Positions 59,092 through 64,000 of a DNA stretch of 64,000 nucleotides are shown here, one piece after another. The position numbers and the translations under genes were made by a program. The notes below the pieces were generated by a model. That model saw only the letters and a program-made list of their open reading frames with translations. It ran no database searches and was not told where the DNA came from. Source of the stretch: Oleiagrimonas sp. (lineage in GTDB: Bacteria; Pseudomonadota; Gammaproteobacteria; Xanthomonadales; Rhodanobacteraceae); NCBI GenBank assembly GCA_035690885.1, contig DASSKC010000062.1:733-64732 (forward strand), given 5' to 3'. Each line of letters opens with the position of its first letter. Position 1 is the first letter of the stretch.

Positions 59092-59711
59092 GGCGACTTC
59101 CTTGACGTTTTAACGGGAGAGGGGGAATCGGGGCGGTAGGCACGCAGGAACACGTTTACGGCATCGGCAGCCCATTTGTCCTGTGCCTTTTGTCCTCGCT
59201 GGCGCAGTCCGAGCAGGCTGCGTTCGGGATTCATGCCGTTGAGCATGGACAAAAACAGTTCCGCGGCCTGATCGGGGTTCGTCTGCAACAACTCGCCACG
59301 ACGCATGGCATGTTCGATGCGCGCGGACAGGCGTTGCAGCACGGCACCGGAGCCGCATTGGTAGAGCTGTCGCGCCGCGCGCGGAAAACGCGGTGCTTCG
59401 GCCACCAGGATGCGGCTCAATGCTTTCGTCGACGGGTCGCGTGCGCGCTGGCAGTAGACCTCCGCCAATGCACGCAGGCAGCCTTCGATGTCGTCCTGGC
59501 TGCCGTGCAGCGAATCATGCATGGGCTTGACCAATGCCTCGATGGCCGCGGCAAACAGCGCGTCCTTGCTGTGGAAGTGGGTGTACACGGTTTGCTTGGA
59601 CACACCGGCACGCTGCGCCACCGCGTCCATGCTGACGCGGTAACCATTTTCCAGGAACAACCGGCTGGCGGCATCCAGGATACGCGAAGTGGACGATGCG
59701 GAAACAGGCAA
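59088..59711 (-). CDS. TetR/AcrR family transcriptional regulator
   Basis: HTH VAQRAGVSKQTVYTHFHSKDALF. Same strand as the pump genes, with ATGA overlap with the adaptor gene. Confidence 0.9.
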   Translation of the reverse strand: MPVSASSTSRILDAASRLFLENGYRVSMDAVAQRAGVSKQTVYTHFHSKDALFAAAIEALVKPMHDSLHGSQDDIEGCLRALAEVYCQRARDPSTKALSRILVAEAPRFPRAARQLYQCGSGAVLQRLSARIEHAMRRGELLQTNPDQAAELFLSMLNGMNPERSLLGLRQRGQKAQDKWAADAVNVFLRAYRPDSPSPVKTSRKSP

Positions 59712-59729
59712 GATGAGGTAGGGACAGGT

Positions 59730-59743
59730 GGACTGTACCGTCC
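59730..59743. promoter_or_regulatory. Candidate TetR operator (imperfect palindrome)
   Basis: ggactgtaccgtcc is self-complementary at 12 of 14 positions and lies 19 nt upstream of the TetR start codon. Position and symmetry are the only evidence. Confidence 0.2.
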
Positions 59744-59980
59744 AGTTTAGAATTGGTTTGTGCCATCGTCAATGCTTGTCATTGTCGCGTTCTTGTGAGC
59801 AATTTCGTGCACTTTGCGTGAGGACGGGTTTTATCCCGGATGTCATTCGATTCGGTTCGATGACGGATGGTTGAATGAAAGCCGCCGCGTGACCGCGAAA
59901 AACCCGCATATACTGGTTTCGCATGTCGCGCGGGGCTATGCTTGCCATTCCATTTTTCCCCACCCCAAGAAGTATTGATC

Positions 59981-62900
59981 ATGGCTCTTGAACGCGCGTT
60001 TGACGAAGGTCGGTTCGCGGCCGGCGTGAGTGAAGCATTGGAAGCATCGAGCAAGCAGGGCAAGCTGTCCCCAGAGCGCCTCCCGGAGGCGCAAAATTTT
60101 GTCTCCGGCTTTTTTGCGCGAACTACCCCGGGTGATGTCCGATTGCATGAACAAGCGGACTGGGCGGCGTTGCTGGCGGACCTGTTCGATTTCATCGGCC
60201 AGCGCGACGCGGGCACCGCCAATGTGCGGGTCTTCAACCCGACCCGGGCCGACAACGGCTGGGATGCGATGGTGACCGTGGTCGAAGTCAATACCGACGA
60301 CAGCCCGTTCCTGGTCGACTCGGTGAGCATGGCGGTTGCCGCACGCAAGCTCAATGCACACATGATCATCCATCCGGTGTTGCCGGTTGCGCGTGACGAC
60401 AAGGGCCAGCTGACCGGTGTTGCCGCTGCCGATGGCACGGTCGAATCGGTCATGCATCTGGAAATCGACCGCATGAGCGATGCCGCCGCGCGTGAAGCGC
60501 TGCAAAGCGAGTTGCAGTCGATCCTGGCCGACGTCCGTGCCGCCGTGCGCGACTGGCAGGCCATGCGCACCAAAATGCAGGAAATCGCCGACGGTTTGCC
60601 GCAACGCGGTTTGCCGGTCGATGCCGAGGACGTCGCCGAAGCGCAGGATTTCCTGCGTTGGGTGGCGGACGACCATTTCAGTTTCCTCGGCTACCGCGAG
60701 TACGAGGTCGTGGACAACGACGGGGACGAGGTGTTGCGCGCGGTCGCCGGTTCCGGGCTGGGCATCCTGCAAGCCAAGGAACGCTCCACGGCGCCACGCT
60801 CGTTGAGTTCGCTGGGCGCGACCCAGCTGGCCGAGTCGGGTACGGTCGATGCGGTCATCCTGACCAAGACCAATTCGCGCGCGGAGATCCACCGTCCGGG
60901 CTACATGGATTACATCGGCGTGCTCGGTTTCAACGCCGACGGCAAGGCGGTCAGCGAACAGCGCTTTCTGGGTCTGTTCACGTCCGGCGCGTACATGCGC
61001 CGGCCCAAGGACGTGCCGTTGCTCAAGCGCAAGTACCAGGCGGTCATGGAGCGTTCCGGCCTGCGCGGCGACTCGTACTCCGGCAAGGCGTTGCGGCATA
61101 TCCTTGAAACGCTGCCGCGCGACGAGCTGTTCCAGAGCAACGAGAACGAGTTGTTCGAGCTGGCCAGCGGCATCCTGGAGCTCAAGGAACGTCCGCGGCC
61201 ACGCTTGTTCGTGCGTCGCGACAAGTACGATCGCTTCTTCTCCTGCCTGGCGTTCGTGCCGCGCGACCGTTTCAATACCGGGGTGCGCGAGCGCATCGAA
61301 GCGATGTTGCGCGATGCCTTGCACGGCGAGCACATGGATTCGTCGGTGTTGATGGGCGAGTCGGTATTGGCGCGTCTGCATGTCACCGTCCGACCCAAGC
61401 CGGGAGATCATCCCGAGTACGACCTCGAGAAACTCCAGACCGCGCTGGTGCACGTTGCACGTGACTGGCGTGACGACTTGCGCGAACGTCTGGTCGGTGA
61501 CCTTGGCGAAGCCGAAGGCGCCACGCTGGCGCACCGCTTTGGCAGCGCCTTGCCGGCCGGTTACATCGAGGAAGTCACGCCCGAGGTCGCGGCCGATGAC
61601 GTCAAGACCCTGGCGGCGCTGGAGTCCGACGACGCCGCGCGCATGTCGCTGTATCGGCCGGCGCGTCATCCCGACACGTTGCGTTTCAAGGTGTACCGCC
61701 ATGGCGGCGACATCGCCTTGTCCGACGTCCTGCCGCAGCTGGAAAACCTCGGCATGCGCGTGCTCACCGAGCGCGTCTACGAAATGGACGTCGATGGCGA
61801 GCACTTGTCGATCCAGGATCTGGAAGTGCAGCCGACCGGGCAGCTGGCGTTCGAAGTCGATGATGTCAGCGACCACTTCGAGCGTGCATTCGAAAACGTA
61901 TGGCGCGGCAACGCCGAGAGCGACAATTTCAACCGCCTGGTCCTGGGTGCCTTGCTTGATTGGCGCCTGGTGGCGGTGTTGCGAGGCTATTGCAAATACC
62001 TGCAGCAGGTCGGCATCGCGTTTTCGCAAAGCTACATGGAAGAGACGCTCAACCGCTACCCGGCCATCGCCAACCTGCTGGCCGAGTTGTTCAATGCCAA
62101 GTTCGATCCCGAACGCGAGCATCTGTCCGACGATGCACGGCTTGACGCCGGTGCGCAGCTGCGTCGCGAGCTCGATGTGCTGGTTTCCAGCGAAACCATG
62201 GAGGCGCATCCGGATTTCATCGACAATGCCGTGGCTGCGCTGGCCAAGCCGCGCGCGCAGCAGATGGAGCTGTTCCGCGGGGCCATCGAGACCCTGATCG
62301 ACGGCGTTGCCAGCCTCGATGACGAGCGCATCATCCGCAGCTACATGGACATCATCCGCGCGACCACGCGCACCAGCCATTTCCAGCGGGTCGACGGTGC
62401 GCCGCGTCACTTCACCAGCTTCAAGTTCGATTCGCAGCTGGTGCCGGATGCGCCCAAGCCGGTTCCGTTCCGCGAGATCTGGGTGTACGCGCCGCGTGTG
62501 GAAGGCGTGCATCTGCGCTTCGGCATGGTCGCCCGTGGCGGCCTGCGCTGGTCCGACCGCCGCGAGGATTTCCGCACCGAGGTGCTGGGCCTGGTCAAGG
62601 CGCAGATGGTCAAGAACACCGTGATCGTGCCGGTCGGCTCCAAGGGCGGTTTCTTTCCCAAGCAGTTGCCCAATCCGGCGGACGATCGCGACGCCTGGCT
62701 GGAAGAGGGCAAGGCCTGCTATCGCATGTTCATCAACGGCATGCTCGATATCACCGACAACCTCGAGGACGGCAAACTGGTGCCGCCCGAGAACGTGGTG
62801 CGCCACGACGACGACGATCCGTATCTGGTGGTCGCCGCCGACAAGGGCACGGCCAAGTTCTCGGATATCGCCAACGCCTTGTCCACCGAGCACGGCTACT

Positions 62901-64000
62901 GGCTCGATGACGCGTTTGCCTCCGGCGGCTCGCACGGCTACGACCACAAGGGCATGGGCATCACCGCCAAGGGTGCGTGGGAATCGGTCAAGCGCCACTT
63001 CCGTTCGCTCGGACATGACAGCCAGAGCGAGGATTTCACCGCGGTGGGCATCGGCGACATGTCTGGCGACGTGTTCGGCAACGGCATGTTGCTGTCCGAA
63101 CATATCCGCCTGGTCGCGGCGTTCGATCACCGCGACATCTTTGTCGATCCGAACCCGGATTCGGCCGTTGGCTTCAAGGAGCGCAAGCGTCTGTTCGACT
63201 TGCCGCGTTCGAGCTGGAAGGATTACGACACGTCGTTGATCTCCGAAGGCGGTGGCGTCTGGTCGCGTTCGGCCAAGTCGATTCCGGTGTCCGCGCAGAT
63301 GCGCGAGGCGCTCGGACTCAAGGGCGATGTCGAGCAGATCACGCCGATGGAACTGATGAGTGCCGTTCTCAAGGCGCCGGTCGACCTGCTGTGGAACGGC
63401 GGCATCGGCACCTACGTGAAGGCGGCCGACGAGTCGCACGCCGACGCCGGCGACAAGGCGAACGACACGATCCGCGTCGACGGCCGCTCGCTGCGGGTCC
63501 GCTGCATCGGCGAGGGCGGCAACCTCGGCTTCACCCAGCGCGGCCGCATCGAGTACGCCGTGCGCGGCGGCCGGATCAACACCGACTTCATCGACAACTC
63601 CGCCGGCGTCGACACCTCCGACCACGAGGTGAACATCAAGATCCTGCTCGACCGGGTGGTCGCCGACGGCGACCTCACCGCCAAGCAGCGCCACGAGCTG
63701 CTCGCGGCGATGACCGACGAGGTCGCGTCCCTGGTGCTGGCCGACAACTACGAACAGAACCTCGCCCTCGCCAACGCGGCGGCGCACGGTCCCGGCCTGC
63801 TGCACGTCCAGGAGGACTGGATGAAGGCGTTGGAGCGACGCGGCGTGCTGAACCGCGAGCTCGAGGCGCTGCCGACCTCGCGACAGGTGCGGCGCCGGCT
63901 CGACCGGGGCGAGGGGCTCACCGTCCCCGAGCTCTCGGTGTTGCTCGCCTGGACGAAGATCGTGCTGGCCGACGAGCTGCTCGCCTCGGACCTCCCCGAG
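59981..64000 (+). CDS. gdhB: NAD-specific glutamate dehydrogenase, large (about 1600 aa) GdhB type; 3' end runs off the window
   Basis: I translated from ATG 59981: MALERAFDEGRFAAGVSEAL...VVEVNTDDSPFLVDSV...; later LLWNGGIGTYVKA, GDKANDTIRVDG, GEGGNLG, NSAGVDTSDHEVNIKI. The frame is open to position 64000, so this ORF is absent from the supplied track. Confidence 0.9.
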   Translation, partial: MALERAFDEGRFAAGVSEALEASSKQGKLSPERLPEAQNFVSGFFARTTPGDVRLHEQADWAALLADLFDFIGQRDAGTANVRVFNPTRADNGWDAMVTVVEVNTDDSPFLVDSVSMAVAARKLNAHMIIHPVLPVARDDKGQLTGVAAADGTVESVMHLEIDRMSDAAAREALQSELQSILADVRAAVRDWQAMRTKMQEIADGLPQRGLPVDAEDVAEAQDFLRWVADDHFSFLGYREYEVVDNDGDEVLRAVAGSGLGILQAKERSTAPRSLSSLGATQLAESGTVDAVILTKTNSRAEIHRPGYMDYIGVLGFNADGKAVSEQRFLGLFTSGAYMRRPKDVPLLKRKYQAVMERSGLRGDSYSGKALRHILETLPRDELFQSNENELFELASGILELKERPRPRLFVRRDKYDRFFSCLAFVPRDRFNTGVRERIEAMLRDALHGEHMDSSVLMGESVLARLHVTVRPKPGDHPEYDLEKLQTALVHVARDWRDDLRERLVGDLGEAEGATLAHRFGSALPAGYIEEVTPEVAADDVKTLAALESDDAARMSLYRPARHPDTLRFKVYRHGGDIALSDVLPQLENLGMRVLTERVYEMDVDGEHLSIQDLEVQPTGQLAFEVDDVSDHFERAFENVWRGNAESDNFNRLVLGALLDWRLVAVLRGYCKYLQQVGIAFSQSYMEETLNRYPAIANLLAELFNAKFDPEREHLSDDARLDAGAQLRRELDVLVSSETMEAHPDFIDNAVAALAKPRAQQMELFRGAIETLIDGVASLDDERIIRSYMDIIRATTRTSHFQRVDGAPRHFTSFKFDSQLVPDAPKPVPFREIWVYAPRVEGVHLRFGMVARGGLRWSDRREDFRTEVLGLVKAQMVKNTVIVPVGSKGGFFPKQLPNPADDRDAWLEEGKACYRMFINGMLDITDNLEDGKLVPPENVVRHDDDDPYLVVAADKGTAKFSDIANALSTEHGYWLDDAFASGGSHGYDHKGMGITAKGAWESVKRHFRSLGHDSQSEDFTAVGIGDMSGDVFGNGMLLSEHIRLVAAFDHRDIFVDPNPDSAVGFKERKRLFDLPRSSWKDYDTSLISEGGGVWSRSAKSIPVSAQMREALGLKGDVEQITPMELMSAVLKAPVDLLWNGGIGTYVKAADESHADAGDKANDTIRVDGRSLRVRCIGEGGNLGFTQRGRIEYAVRGGRINTDFIDNSAGVDTSDHEVNIKILLDRVVADGDLTAKQRHELLAAMTDEVASLVLADNYEQNLALANAAAHGPGLLHVQEDWMKALERRGVLNRELEALPTSRQVRRRLDRGEGLTVPELSVLLAWTKIVLADELLASDLPE

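Noticed and set aside
59936-63805. 1289-aa ORF on the minus strand, the longest ORF in the track
   Set aside because: It is antisense to a clearly recognisable large NAD-glutamate dehydrogenase gene on the + strand. Its sequence is low-complexity and rich in Arg, Val, Asp, Gly and His. Antisense translations of gdhB are a known source of spurious 'NAD-specific glutamate dehydrogenase' protein annotations.
1-64000. CRISPR arrays, prophage or integrase genes, transposases, rRNA and tRNA genes
   Set aside because: I looked for regularly spaced direct repeats, integrase or transposase signatures and tRNA T-loop motifs in the intergenic regions and found none. The only repeats are the palindromic elements reported above.

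Overview
High-GC (roughly mid-60s % by eye) chromosomal segment. Gene content looks gammaproteobacterial, Xanthomonadales-like, but that is inference only. I call about 55 protein-coding genes, one decayed gene remnant, four palindromic repeat elements and two hairpin terminators. I recognised no rRNA, tRNA, CRISPR array, transposase or integrase. All family assignments rest on motifs I can read in the supplied translations; no search was run.

From 0 to 38 kb the window is mostly housekeeping, stress and transport genes. These include rnk, an acyl-CoA thioesterase, poxB, an aldehyde dehydrogenase, BON lipoproteins, a Pmp3 protein, TerC, MscS, a DEAD-box helicase, argD, yghU, mtfA, lldD, permeases and MFS transporters. 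A small AT-rich islet at 0.9-2.9 kb carries a Fic gene and a decayed type I hsdM.

The stand-out region is 38.9-54.4 kb. It is a hopanoid locus (ispA, single-enzyme squalene synthase, shc, hpnG, hpnA, hpnH) with a lower mevalonate pathway block nested inside it: mvaD, phosphomevalonate kinase, an apparently fused HMG-CoA reductase::mevalonate kinase ORF, and type-1 idi. An uncharacterised acyltransferase / UPF0104 (HpnL-like) / GT-B glycosyltransferase trio flanks it.

Other points worth a second look:
- a translationally coupled DUF2868-like membrane protein plus membrane GTPase pair (17.3-20.1 kb);
- an abrupt codon-usage switch inside the large NAD-glutamate dehydrogenase gene at about 63.4 kb, which could be a chimeric join or a mosaic gene;
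- a REP-like repeat family.

Many long ORFs in the track are antisense or out-of-frame artefacts of high GC content and were rejected.
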